Virus record (IMG/VR): IMGVR_UViG_3300020732_000001
Span: 1-61,137 of that record
DNA length: 61,137 nucleotides
Origin: a virus
Lineage: Duplodnaviria > Caudoviricetes
Direction: 5' to 3' (one strand)
The position numbers and the translations under genes are program-made. Position 1 is the first letter of the stretch, and each line of letters starts with the position of its first letter. Below, one piece after another: positions 35,515-43,509 of this stretch. Under the pieces are notes generated by a model. That model was given only the letters and a program-made list of their open reading frames with translations, was not told the origin of the DNA and did no database searches.

Positions 35515-37001
35515 TGGAGTTAGTATTAAGAGAACACCAACTGGGGGTGGTCGATGCACTTCGCCAGGGCTTTAGAGATGGACATCGAACGCAGCTTTTA
35601 TACGCACCAACTGGCTTTGGTAAAACTGAAGTAGCCATTCATTTAATGAAAGCAACGGCTGAAAAATATAATCGTGCTGCCATGATTTTGGATCGTATTG
35701 TATTAATAGATCAAACCAGTTTAAGACTTACTAAATACAGGCTTGATCATGGTGTATTACAAGCTGATCATTACAAGCGTGACATTACTAAACGAATTCA
35801 AATCTGCTCTTCTCAAACAATAGAACGCAGAAACAAATTACCAGAGATGGATTTATTGATTGTGGATGAATGCCATATCACTCGTAAACAAATCTCTGAC
35901 ATCATTAAAAACAATCCCAAGCTGAAAGTCATAGGTTTAACTGCAACTCCGTTTACCAAAGGTTTGGGTGCTTTGTATTCCAATGTTGTTTGTGGGGCTA
36001 CAACGGAAGATCTGGTTAAAAAGAAATGGCTTGCACCACTCAAGGTATATATCGCCAAAGAAATTGATATGACTGGTGTTACAAAGGTGGCTGGAGAATG
36101 GAGTCCAGATCAAGTTACAGAACGAGGGATGCAGATTACTGGTGATATCGTTGTGGAGTGGGAAAAGAAAACCTATGAAGTATTTGGTAAGCCTCGCAAG
36201 ACGATTGTATTTTGTGCAGGAGTTAAGCATGGGCAGGACTTGGTAGAACAGTTTGCAAGAAAAGGATATAACTTTGTCAGCATAAGTTATTTAGATTCAA
36301 CTGAATATAAACAAGAGGTAATTGATGATTTTTCAAAACCAGATACTGAAATACATGGTCTCATTGCTACTGACATACTTACTCGTGGTTTCGATGTTCC
36401 TGACGTTATGATAGGAGTCTCGGCAAGACCATTTGCCAAATCTTTATCGAGCCACATTCAACAGCTTGGCAGAGTTATGCGTAGTTATGAAGGCAAAGAG
36501 TTTGCTTTATGGCTTGATCATTCAGGGAATTATCTTCGTTTTATAGAAGAATGGGATGATATCTATTCTAATGGTGTAGAAGTTCTGGATGATAAGTTAG
36601 ATAAAGCAAAGAAGGAAAAGACAGAGAAAACAAAAGCAGAACTAAAGTGTCCAAAATGCTCTGCTCTCTGGCCAAAGAACAGTCAATCATGTCCAGCTTG
36701 TGGTTATGTAAGAGCCAGGACACAAATCGCCACAGTCAAAGGTGAATTGTTTGAACTCAAAGGGCAGACACAGATCAATAACAAACAACAGCAACAGGAC
36801 TTTTATTCTGAGTTAATCTACATGGCAAATGAACGCAATTACAACATCAACTGGGCAAGTAATAAGTTTCGAGAGAAGTATGGGGTATGGCCTAATGGAT
36901 TTATCCAATATCCAAGAATACCATCTTTAGAAACAATTAAATTTGTAAAGCATCGCAATATTGTTTACGCAAAACGTCAAAATAAAATGAGGGGATTATG
37001 A
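35514..37001 (+). CDS. Superfamily II DEAD/DEAH-box helicase with C-terminal Zn finger
   Basis: APTGFGKT, DECH, TATP, QQLGRVMR, CPKC..CPAC. Confidence 0.9.
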   Translation: MELVLREHQLGVVDALRQGFRDGHRTQLLYAPTGFGKTEVAIHLMKATAEKYNRAAMILDRIVLIDQTSLRLTKYRLDHGVLQADHYKRDITKRIQICSSQTIERRNKLPEMDLLIVDECHITRKQISDIIKNNPKLKVIGLTATPFTKGLGALYSNVVCGATTEDLVKKKWLAPLKVYIAKEIDMTGVTKVAGEWSPDQVTERGMQITGDIVVEWEKKTYEVFGKPRKTIVFCAGVKHGQDLVEQFARKGYNFVSISYLDSTEYKQEVIDDFSKPDTEIHGLIATDILTRGFDVPDVMIGVSARPFAKSLSSHIQQLGRVMRSYEGKEFALWLDHSGNYLRFIEEWDDIYSNGVEVLDDKLDKAKKEKTEKTKAELKCPKCSALWPKNSQSCPACGYVRARTQIATVKGELFELKGQTQINNKQQQQDFYSELIYMANERNYNINWASNKFREKYGVWPNGFIQYPRIPSLETIKFVKHRNIVYAKRQNKMRGL

Positions 37002-37834
37002 TTGAATTTATTAACTTCGCAAGAGATTACGGCTTAATTCTTAACAATGTTATCTATGATAAATGGGTGGCAACTCCGACCGAAGATCATCCAAGATCCA
37101 GTAATGGTCGCTATAAACTTTTAGGTGATGTAGGATGGGTGCAAAACTGGGCAACGATGGAAAAGCCAGTTACTTGGTTTGCTGATGGAATCAATCAACA
37201 GGAAGTTAAGCAACGAATTAAAGAATCAAATGACAATCGGCAGAACAATGCAAAAAAAGCAGCAGATCGAGCTGCGTGGATACTCAGCCAGACGAGTCTG
37301 GACAGGCATCCATATCTAGAAAGAAAAGGATTCCCCAACGAATTGGGGAATGTTTGGATCAAAGACGATAGACAAATTTTAGTAGTTCCTATGAGGCATC
37401 AAGATAGAATAGTGGGCTTGCAACTCATCAATGACGAGGGGGAAAAAAAGTTCCTGTATGGTCAGACCTCTAAAGGGGCAACTTTCTCGATGAATGCAAA
37501 AGGAACTCCGATATTCTGCGAGGGTTTCGCTACTGGGCTTTCGATTCGAGACATTATGCAAAGCATGAATTTGCCGTATTGCATTCACATTTGCTTTAGT
37601 GCAAGTAATATGCAGTTCGTAGCAAGGAACATCAGGAGTGGGATCGTTATCGCTGATCACGACTCCAATGGTGTCGGAGAACGATTCGCCAAAGACACAG
37701 GCAAACCTTATTGGCTCTCTGAAGCAGTTGGGGAAGATTTTAATGACTATCATATGCGTGTCGGCAAGTTCAAGGCTTCACAGGCTTTAAAGAAGATGCT
37801 AATAGCCTTAAAAAACGAGCCTCAATCTGTCTAA
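36998..37834 (+). CDS. Toprim-domain primase
   Basis: HPYLERKG, LVVPM..GLQLI..KKF, CEGFATG, ADHD, DFND. Confidence 0.85.
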   Translation: MIEFINFARDYGLILNNVIYDKWVATPTEDHPRSSNGRYKLLGDVGWVQNWATMEKPVTWFADGINQQEVKQRIKESNDNRQNNAKKAADRAAWILSQTSLDRHPYLERKGFPNELGNVWIKDDRQILVVPMRHQDRIVGLQLINDEGEKKFLYGQTSKGATFSMNAKGTPIFCEGFATGLSIRDIMQSMNLPYCIHICFSASNMQFVARNIRSGIVIADHDSNGVGERFAKDTGKPYWLSEAVGEDFNDYHMRVGKFKASQALKKMLIALKNEPQSV

Positions 37835-38048
37835 CTCGTTCTCTGGTCACACCAAAGCGAGATCCTACCTCGTTTAAAGTGTGACCTTCAGCTCGCAATC
37901 GCATCATCTGCCAGTATTTTTCTTTAAGATCATCCCTGTTTTTATAAAGACTAAAAAAGACTTCCTTCGTAGGGAAGTCCACCAATTTGTAGGGATTGTT
38001 ACCACCAACAAAAATCGGCACTCTGCCACCACATTGACTAAAATTCAT
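37770..38048 (-). CDS. Sigma-70 region 4-like HTH protein
   Basis: TLNEVGSRFGVTRERVRQIEAR. Confidence 0.8.
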   Translation of the reverse strand: MNFSQCGGRVPIFVGGNNPYKLVDFPTKEVFFSLYKNRDDLKEKYWQMMRLRAEGHTLNEVGSRFGVTRERVRQIEARFLRLLASSLKPVKP

Positions 38049-38205
38049 GGGGATCAACCTCGCAGTAATCAAAATCAACAACTTCTTCGCCTTTGTTTAA
38101 TTCAAGTTCATCCCAAGCATACTCTTCAGGATCTTCGCCATTTGGCACATCCACAGTAATGGTAACTTCTCTTTTAAGGTAATAAGTTACATCATATCGT
38201 TTCAT
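38038..38205 (-). CDS. Small acidic protein, 55 aa (not in ORF track)
   Basis: RBS GGAGG; MKRYDVTYYLKREV... Confidence 0.65.
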   Translation of the reverse strand: MKRYDVTYYLKREVTITVDVPNGEDPEEYAWDELELNKGEEVVDFDYCEVDPHEF

Positions 38206-38384
38206 GCTTCCTCCACATTATCGCCAAGTGTTTCAGAATAATGCTCGATTAAATGATCAGGCTTTTTACATTCATAATACTTCGCCTGTCCCTTGTCAAA
38301 AGCATCCTCTCTGTTATTTGCTTTGACATAGAACCCAAGTGTCTGGGTGACTTCTTGGGTAAATTCAACTAAATAGGTTTTCAT
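38202..38384 (-). CDS. Hypothetical protein
   Basis: ATGA coupling. Confidence 0.65.
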   Translation of the reverse strand: MKTYLVEFTQEVTQTLGFYVKANNREDAFDKGQAKYYECKKPDHLIEHYSETLGDNVEEA

Positions 38385-38650
38385 GCCGCCTCCCTTTCTC
38401 TTAAAACTGCATCCACCAAATACTCAAATGTTTCCCAGTTCAACCCAATGTTGGCATCAAGATTTCTTTTTGCTCGTCTGAGGACTTCTCTGCGTTCATC
38501 ATCAGTTAAATCGTCACCATCACAGACCTCGCCCACATCATCAATGTGCCACCAGTCGCTAATCCAGTTTGGATCAGTCAAGCGTTTAATGTCATCCACA
38601 GTAGGAACGGCTTGACCATCTGGCAAATCGAATTCAATCATTACTCGCAT
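38381..38650 (-). CDS. Hypothetical acidic protein
   Basis: WHIDDV..LTDDE..EVL..IGLNWE. Confidence 0.7.
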   Translation of the reverse strand: MRVMIEFDLPDGQAVPTVDDIKRLTDPNWISDWWHIDDVGEVCDGDDLTDDERREVLRRAKRNLDANIGLNWETFEYLVDAVLREREAA

Positions 38651-38853
38651 ACAACCTCCACAATTCTAAATTCATCATAGGAATAAGGTTCTTCTAAATT
38701 CCCCTCTTGGTAATCGGCAATCGTGTCCTCAATAAAATCTTTGAGTTCAGCCTCTGCCTGTTCTTTCGTTTCATAAACAGTCGGCATACCTGTCTGGGCA
38801 TCATGCCAGACATTCTCCCAACCATAGACAAACTCTTGTTCAACAATAAACAT
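38641..38853 (-). CDS. Hypothetical acidic protein
   Basis: Start ATG 38853 follows AACTGCTAGGAG. Confidence 0.7.
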   Translation of the reverse strand: MFIVEQEFVYGWENVWHDAQTGMPTVYETKEQAEAELKDFIEDTIADYQEGNLEEPYSYDEFRIVEVVCE

Positions 38854-38860
38854 ATCATTT

Positions 38861-38929
38861 CTCCTAGCAGTTAAACGATTGCAAAATGGCAATCCCAATG
38901 CCCAATTAAGGGCATCAGGATTACAGCAC
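38861..38929 (-). promoter_or_regulatory. Intergenic hairpin element plus leader motif (copy 1)
   Basis: Long hairpin, then GATTGC/GCAATC hairpin, then AACTGCTAGGAG. Confidence 0.65.
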
Positions 38930-39118
38930 TTACCAATGCACTTGACTGTCTAAATCTTTGACATCTACATAGTCCTCTGCCCTTCTAAAAGAACCTATGT
39001 AAAAAGGATAACTATCTACTGTTCCCATATCACTATTCTTTAAACATTGAACAACATCAAGTAATGCAGTTTCTAATGATTCAATATCAGCAAAATACAT
39101 TTTGATTTCGAGTTTCAT
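38930..39118 (-). CDS. Hypothetical protein
   Basis: RBS GGAGG. Confidence 0.65.
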   Translation of the reverse strand: MKLEIKMYFADIESLETALLDVVQCLKNSDMGTVDSYPFYIGSFRRAEDYVDVKDLDSQVHW

Positions 39119-39810
39119 AAATCCTCCAATTCTGCATACTCTCGTTTAGATTCTTCCAACTCTTTTAACAATCTGGCTTTGTCTTTTTCTTCTGCCGTTT
39201 CGAGCTCTTTTTCAATCGCCTCAATTTCAGTTAAAAGATCATCCATTTTGTATTCTTTGATACTGTCGGAGATTCCGTATTGATCATCAATGTTTTTAGG
39301 TATGTTATTACGCACCCATTGAACATCATTTTGAATGTCATAACATTCTTCTAAATCGTTTTCCCAATAGCCACAGAACCCCATACCACCTTCATAATAG
39401 GTGGCTGAGACATCATAGCCTTGCTCAACAAGTTTTTGATAAATGCCACAGGGAGGACTCCAAGCCGTAGAACAATAAAAAGAAATGGTGTTTTCATTCG
39501 CCTCAAGATCGTAAGGTTTATTTTCGTAAACTGTTTCAATCTCCCATTTCGTGCCCCAATGCTGAACCCTCCAGTCCCACCAATTATCAGGCTTGATGGT
39601 CGGCTGATAGGCTAGAGCCTTTTCCTCTTCGGTCTTAGCATACTTCGCTACGATCTCTGGGTAGGTCTTTTTAACAGGAGTAACTGAGTAGTCTGGCTCT
39701 GGGTATATCGTGCCAAAGAACTTCCCTTCATTCCAAGCAGTTACTAATTTCTGAATCTTCTCTGGGTTATCGTGTGAGATAACTACATTGTTTTCGCACC
39801 AATTAGGCAT
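39115..39810 (-). CDS. DUF1281/YubB-like (MPNWC) protein
   Basis: MPNWCEN, WWDWRVQHWGTKW, TAWSPP, YYEGGMGFCG. Confidence 0.8.
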   Translation of the reverse strand: MPNWCENNVVISHDNPEKIQKLVTAWNEGKFFGTIYPEPDYSVTPVKKTYPEIVAKYAKTEEEKALAYQPTIKPDNWWDWRVQHWGTKWEIETVYENKPYDLEANENTISFYCSTAWSPPCGIYQKLVEQGYDVSATYYEGGMGFCGYWENDLEECYDIQNDVQWVRNNIPKNIDDQYGISDSIKEYKMDDLLTEIEAIEKELETAEEKDKARLLKELEESKREYAELEDL

Positions 39811-39991
39811 ATCTTTTTACCTCCTCTATTTCAGTTATTTGAAAATCATGTCCATCTGTTACATCACCATAATCGAAGTCGATTTCTCCGTCATAAATCA
39901 TTTTTTTGATTTGATCGACAGATTCACCTTCCACTTCTTTCATGTAATAAACTACCTCACTTGCGAAAGCATAAAATTTAGGCATTTGCAA
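39803..39991 (-). CDS. Hypothetical protein
   Basis: ORF track. Confidence 0.6.
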   Translation of the reverse strand: MQMPKFYAFASEVVYYMKEVEGESVDQIKKMIYDGEIDFDYGDVTDGHDFQITEIEEVKRYA

Positions 39992-40142
39992 TTTCCTTCC
40001 ATAATTCGTATGTTTGTTTTAATTTTGAATTGTCCATTTTCCAAAGTTTTTTTAAATATTCTTCAACGTCATTTAACTGTTCGATTGGATAAATTGATTT
40101 CATCATCCAAAATATTTCAAATTGATATTCATAATTACTCAT
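39978..40142 (-). CDS. Small hypothetical protein, 54 aa (not in ORF track)
   Basis: RBS GAGG; MSNYEYQFEIFW... Confidence 0.55.
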   Translation of the reverse strand: MSNYEYQFEIFWMMKSIYPIEQLNDVEEYLKKLWKMDNSKLKQTYELWKEIANA

Positions 40143-40350
40143 TTTGATATTCCTCAAAAAGTTTTGTTAAATGAATTTCAAGATAATGTAATTTACTAAT
40201 CTGTTCATCACAAAAATCTTGCATATCGTTAAATTCATTAAATCCATCTAATTTCATTCCTCTTAAATAAGTGTGTTTATCTAAGTTAATTAAATCAAAA
40301 TAGATTTCATTTACAGTTTCTAATAAAAGATTTTCAATCGACATTTTCAT
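40135..40350 (-). CDS. Hypothetical protein (AT-rich)
   Basis: RBS GAGGAG; start at 40350 or 40344. Confidence 0.6.
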   Translation of the reverse strand: MKMSIENLLLETVNEIYFDLINLDKHTYLRGMKLDGFNEFNDMQDFCDEQISKLHYLEIHLTKLFEEYQNE

Positions 40351-40621
40351 ACTCCTCTTCGTAATAAGCACAACTATAAAAAACAGGTTCAAAATCAATC
40401 GACAAAACTTTAGTTTCGTCATCTAAAAAATCGCCAATTTTAAGATCGGCAAATTCATCTTTCGTCATTGTCATATAAAGGCGATTGTCAATCCAAGAGT
40501 CCCAAAGAACTTCGTCAGGAACTCCCTTCTCTAAAATTCCGATCTGGACAGTTGTCGGATTGTTCCAATCGTCAGGTCGAATAAGCACATCATAGGCAGT
40601 TACCGTATAAACTCTTTTCAT
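40334..40621 (-). CDS. Hypothetical acidic protein
   Basis: ORF track. Confidence 0.65.
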   Translation of the reverse strand: MKRVYTVTAYDVLIRPDDWNNPTTVQIGILEKGVPDEVLWDSWIDNRLYMTMTKDEFADLKIGDFLDDETKVLSIDFEPVFYSCAYYEEEYENVD

Positions 40622-40877
40622 AGATCACCTGTAAGAACTTTAATTAGTTTAGGCTCGGTCTTGGTCTGGATACGCTTGAGGTTATTCCACCCCAAATAGT
40701 AATCAATCCATTCGCAAGCCTCCAAGAACGAGGGCAGAACATGGGAGGCGATCACCTCCCTTCGTTGGTTATAGATAATCGCTTGCATTAAAACCCCCCA
40801 GTCCTAAGAACCCAAATAAGGGCAAGCCCTGAACCCATCAAAGCACCAAATAAACACGCATAAAAAATATCTTTCAT
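40618..40877 (-). CDS. Two coupled small ORFs: 40877-40788 (29-aa hydrophobic) and 40788-40618 (56 aa)
   Basis: The first follows AACTGCTAGGAG; TAATG and ATGA coupling. Confidence 0.6.
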
Positions 40878-40885
40878 TTTTTAAA

Positions 40886-40960
40886 CTCCTAGCAGTTAAA
40901 GTTAATGATTGCCGAAAATGACAATCCCTAAACCCTCTAGAGAGGGCTTAGAGGTGGCAC
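40886..40960 (-). promoter_or_regulatory. Intergenic hairpin element plus leader motif (copy 2)
   Basis: Same layout as 38861-38929. Confidence 0.65.
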
Positions 40961-41368
40961 TTAGTGGCTCTCTTCTGTCTCTGGTGCTTGAGTAAACAAT
41001 TCAGGGAAAGCCGTAAAAAGTTTATAAGCGTTTGTTTGATCTGCTCTAGTGAAAGCCTGAGCAAGATAGAAAGCAAACGAGCCTTGATTCTGCATAATGT
41101 TGCATGACTCGAAGGCTTGAGCCTTTTGGATAGCGTTTAATTTCATAAGGTGATTCCTTTGTGAGTGAAAAAAATTGTCTGCTGAACTTTTGGAGAGAGA
41201 ATATAAAATTTGCTCTGGTGTAGGATCGTTGAGAGCCCACCACTCAAGACAGTTATATTTAGTGTTAAATCTGGCGATATCGTAAAGCGTAACATCAGCA
41301 TGAGGGGATTTAAAGGCGATTACTTGACCTTCAAATAGTGGTGTTGCTGTAAAGTTCGTTCCTCTCAT
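40961..41368 (-). CDS. Hypothetical protein, possibly a fusion of two genes
   Basis: Internal RBS and ATG at 41146, before a GSFA..LA.A..RAD..N..KL..AFPELF module. Confidence 0.65.
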   Translation of the reverse strand: MRGTNFTATPLFEGQVIAFKSPHADVTLYDIARFNTKYNCLEWWALNDPTPEQILYSLSKSSADNFFHSQRNHLMKLNAIQKAQAFESCNIMQNQGSFAFYLAQAFTRADQTNAYKLFTAFPELFTQAPETEESH

Positions 41369-41799
41369 GCTAGAGCCTCCTCTTTCTGGGTGATGTAATA
41401 GCCGATTGTGTGCCCTTTTTTATTGCCTTCCCATTGGACTTCTAAGCCGATCGCTTCGGCGATTCTACGCATGGACTCAATCCCACAACCTCCATTTAAG
41501 TAAACTGAGCCATCTGGCTTAATGAATAAGCCGTAATAGTTGGGGTGATAAGTGCCCTTCACTACCTTATCAGGAGTAGAGCCGTAATCCTCTAAGGGGA
41601 GATCTCTAACAAGGGCTTGAAGTGCCTCTTGGTGTTCACACTCTAGATAGTCTCCAAATACTGTGCCGATCATGTCATAGCCTCCACCATTACATTTATA
41701 AGAGTGCCCAGATCGTGAGGAAAGTTTGCAAATGTTATAGCCGTAAGTGTCTCGACCTCTGGAGACTGACCAAGTGATTTTAAGATGATTGATTTTCAT
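41365..41799 (-). CDS. Conserved phage hypothetical protein (GGGYDM..G / GGCG)
   Basis: First gene after the leader motif at 41809-41820. Confidence 0.75.
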   Translation of the reverse strand: MKINHLKITWSVSRGRDTYGYNICKLSSRSGHSYKCNGGGYDMIGTVFGDYLECEHQEALQALVRDLPLEDYGSTPDKVVKGTYHPNYYGLFIKPDGSVYLNGGCGIESMRRIAEAIGLEVQWEGNKKGHTIGYYITQKEEALA

Positions 41800-41808
41800 G
41801 TTTTTAAA

Positions 41809-41882
41809 CTCCTAGCAGTTGGTTAAAAATTGTGTCATGTATTGACCTCTTGATTTTCTTCTAGTGGTGTATTGACTGTCAA
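41809..41882 (-). promoter_or_regulatory. Divergent promoter region with direct repeats and leader motif
   Basis: Minus-strand TTGACA 41882-41877; TGTATTGAC at 41838 and 41868; CTCCTAGCAGTT 41809-41820. Confidence 0.55.
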
Positions 41883-42034
41883 GCGTTTTGATGTAAAAAA
41901 ACAAATTATTTTTGATCTGGGAAGTTAAGCCCAGGTGATAACTTTTGACCTGGTGAGTGAGGAGGTCGCAGATCGTTGCAATAAATAAAGAGAATGCCCT
42001 ATACTTGGGGTGTGAACATTCCGAGAATATACCT

Positions 42035-42955
42035 ATGAGAAAACTTACAAAAAAAGAAATTGCCGAAGGCATACAGGCTATGCCAATCGAAAGAATACTA
42101 ATGGGTGCTAATAGTCCTAAAGGAATCAAACTCACCAAGAGACAAAAGGAATTTGCAGAGCAAGTAGTAAAGACTGGTAATAAGACGGAGGCATACAGAA
42201 GGGCTTACACATCCAATGGGAAGAACACCACAGCATCACGCAATGCAAACACAGTTGCAAAAAATAGCAAAGTGCAGACATACATCACAGCCCTTGAAAC
42301 GGCTAAAGAAGTGGAGGAATATCTTCTACCCACTCAGTTGAGGACAATGGCAATTCAGAAACTCTCCTCAATGGCTCTCAATGACGAGTTACCACCAGCC
42401 CAGCAGTTGAAGGCTCTTGAGTTGGTCGGCAAGATGTCGGAGGTCTCTTTGTTCTCGCAGAGAGTCGAGCACATTCATTCAGTAGATAGCCAAACACTCA
42501 AGGCTCAGTTACTTACAGCCATCACAACGGCCATAACTAATAGCAAGAGCCTACAATCTAGAGTTAAAAGAACGGCTGAAAGTCTTTTGGCAGAGTTAAA
42601 CGGCTCTGATCTGGTAGAAATCGAAGGGGCAGGGACTGAAATTCTGACTCCAGAGCCTCCCACCACCCCCCACCACCCCAAAATTGAATTAGCATTGGCT
42701 GAGCCTTTGCATAGTATTCCCCACAATGAATCACCAACTATTGACAGTCAAGAAATAGTAACCAATAACGATACTAGGGTAAACCCTGACATGTCTAACA
42801 ATGTTACACATCTAGGGGAAAACCCTAATATGTCGAACAATGTTATACATGTAGGTATAAACCCTAATGGGGAGTGGGTAACAAAAATGGAGTGGGTTGA
42901 GAGTAACAATGTTATAGAAACACCCCCCATCACAAATTGGATTGAAAAAGGGTAG
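42035..42955 (+). CDS. terS: Terminase small subunit
   Basis: LTKRQKEFAEQVVKTGNKTEAYRRAY HTH; KALELVGK; lies upstream of TerL. Confidence 0.75.
   Translation: MRKLTKKEIAEGIQAMPIERILMGANSPKGIKLTKRQKEFAEQVVKTGNKTEAYRRAYTSNGKNTTASRNANTVAKNSKVQTYITALETAKEVEEYLLPTQLRTMAIQKLSSMALNDELPPAQQLKALELVGKMSEVSLFSQRVEHIHSVDSQTLKAQLLTAITTAITNSKSLQSRVKRTAESLLAELNGSDLVEIEGAGTEILTPEPPTTPHHPKIELALAEPLHSIPHNESPTIDSQEIVTNNDTRVNPDMSNNVTHLGENPNMSNNVIHVGINPNGEWVTKMEWVESNNVIETPPITNWIEKG
42775..42914. repeat. 39-bp-period tandem of two palindromes in the terS 3' end
   Basis: TAGGG..AAACCCT at 42775, 42813 and 42852; (T)AACAATGTTA at 42796, 42835 and 42904. Confidence 0.8.
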
Positions 42956-42966
42956 GGGGGTATATT

Positions 42967-43285
42967 TTGGAAAATTACGAAGAATGGAAGAAAAGAATTG
43001 ATATAGAGGTGGCTACCTTAGATCAAACAATTGCGATATTAAAAACATTAAGAGATGCAACGGCTTTAAGTTCTTTTCCATGTAGCAGTATAAATAGATT
43101 TAGGATTGCTAAGAAACAACCGAATGAGGATAAAAATGACTTTTGATGATGTTGAACAGTATCTACAGTATTTAGCTATTCATGATAGGAGAAGGTTAAT
43201 GGTACTGATGGATAGGTTAAAGCATACGCTGATGCATGACGCTGCTTGGGAGGCTGCACAAGAATTAATTAGGAGAGTAAAGTGA
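42967..43285 (+). CDS. Two small ORFs: 42967-43146 (59 aa, TTG start) and 43136-43285 (49 aa)
   Basis: They fill the gap with coupled frames; RBS GAGGA before 43136. Confidence 0.5.
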
Positions 43286-43509
43286 CGAAGGCACAAAAGG
43301 AAATATTTCATGTAATTGAAGCTTATTGGAATAACTTTGGCTTTGGTCCTACGGTGGATGATGTAATGTTTATGACTGGCGATAAAGGGCGTGGTAATAC
43401 GCATCGCAAAATGAAAATGTTAATAAAAATAGGGGTTTGTAAAGGAGACTTAAAGTATGCTCGTAGCATTCGCCCTGCGTATATTAAACTTAGGAATTTA
43501 AATGGATGA
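43282..43509 (+). CDS. LexA-like N-terminal DNA-binding domain protein (no peptidase domain)
   Basis: MTKAQKEIF..I..FGFGPTVDDV..ARSIR. Confidence 0.75.
   Translation: MTKAQKEIFHVIEAYWNNFGFGPTVDDVMFMTGDKGRGNTHRKMKMLIKIGVCKGDLKYARSIRPAYIKLRNLNG

Noticed and set aside
41812-42138. Minus-strand 108-aa ORF and GTG extension of terS to 41957
   Set aside because: It overlaps terS in antisense and the divergent promoter region. ATG 42035 is the more plausible terS start.
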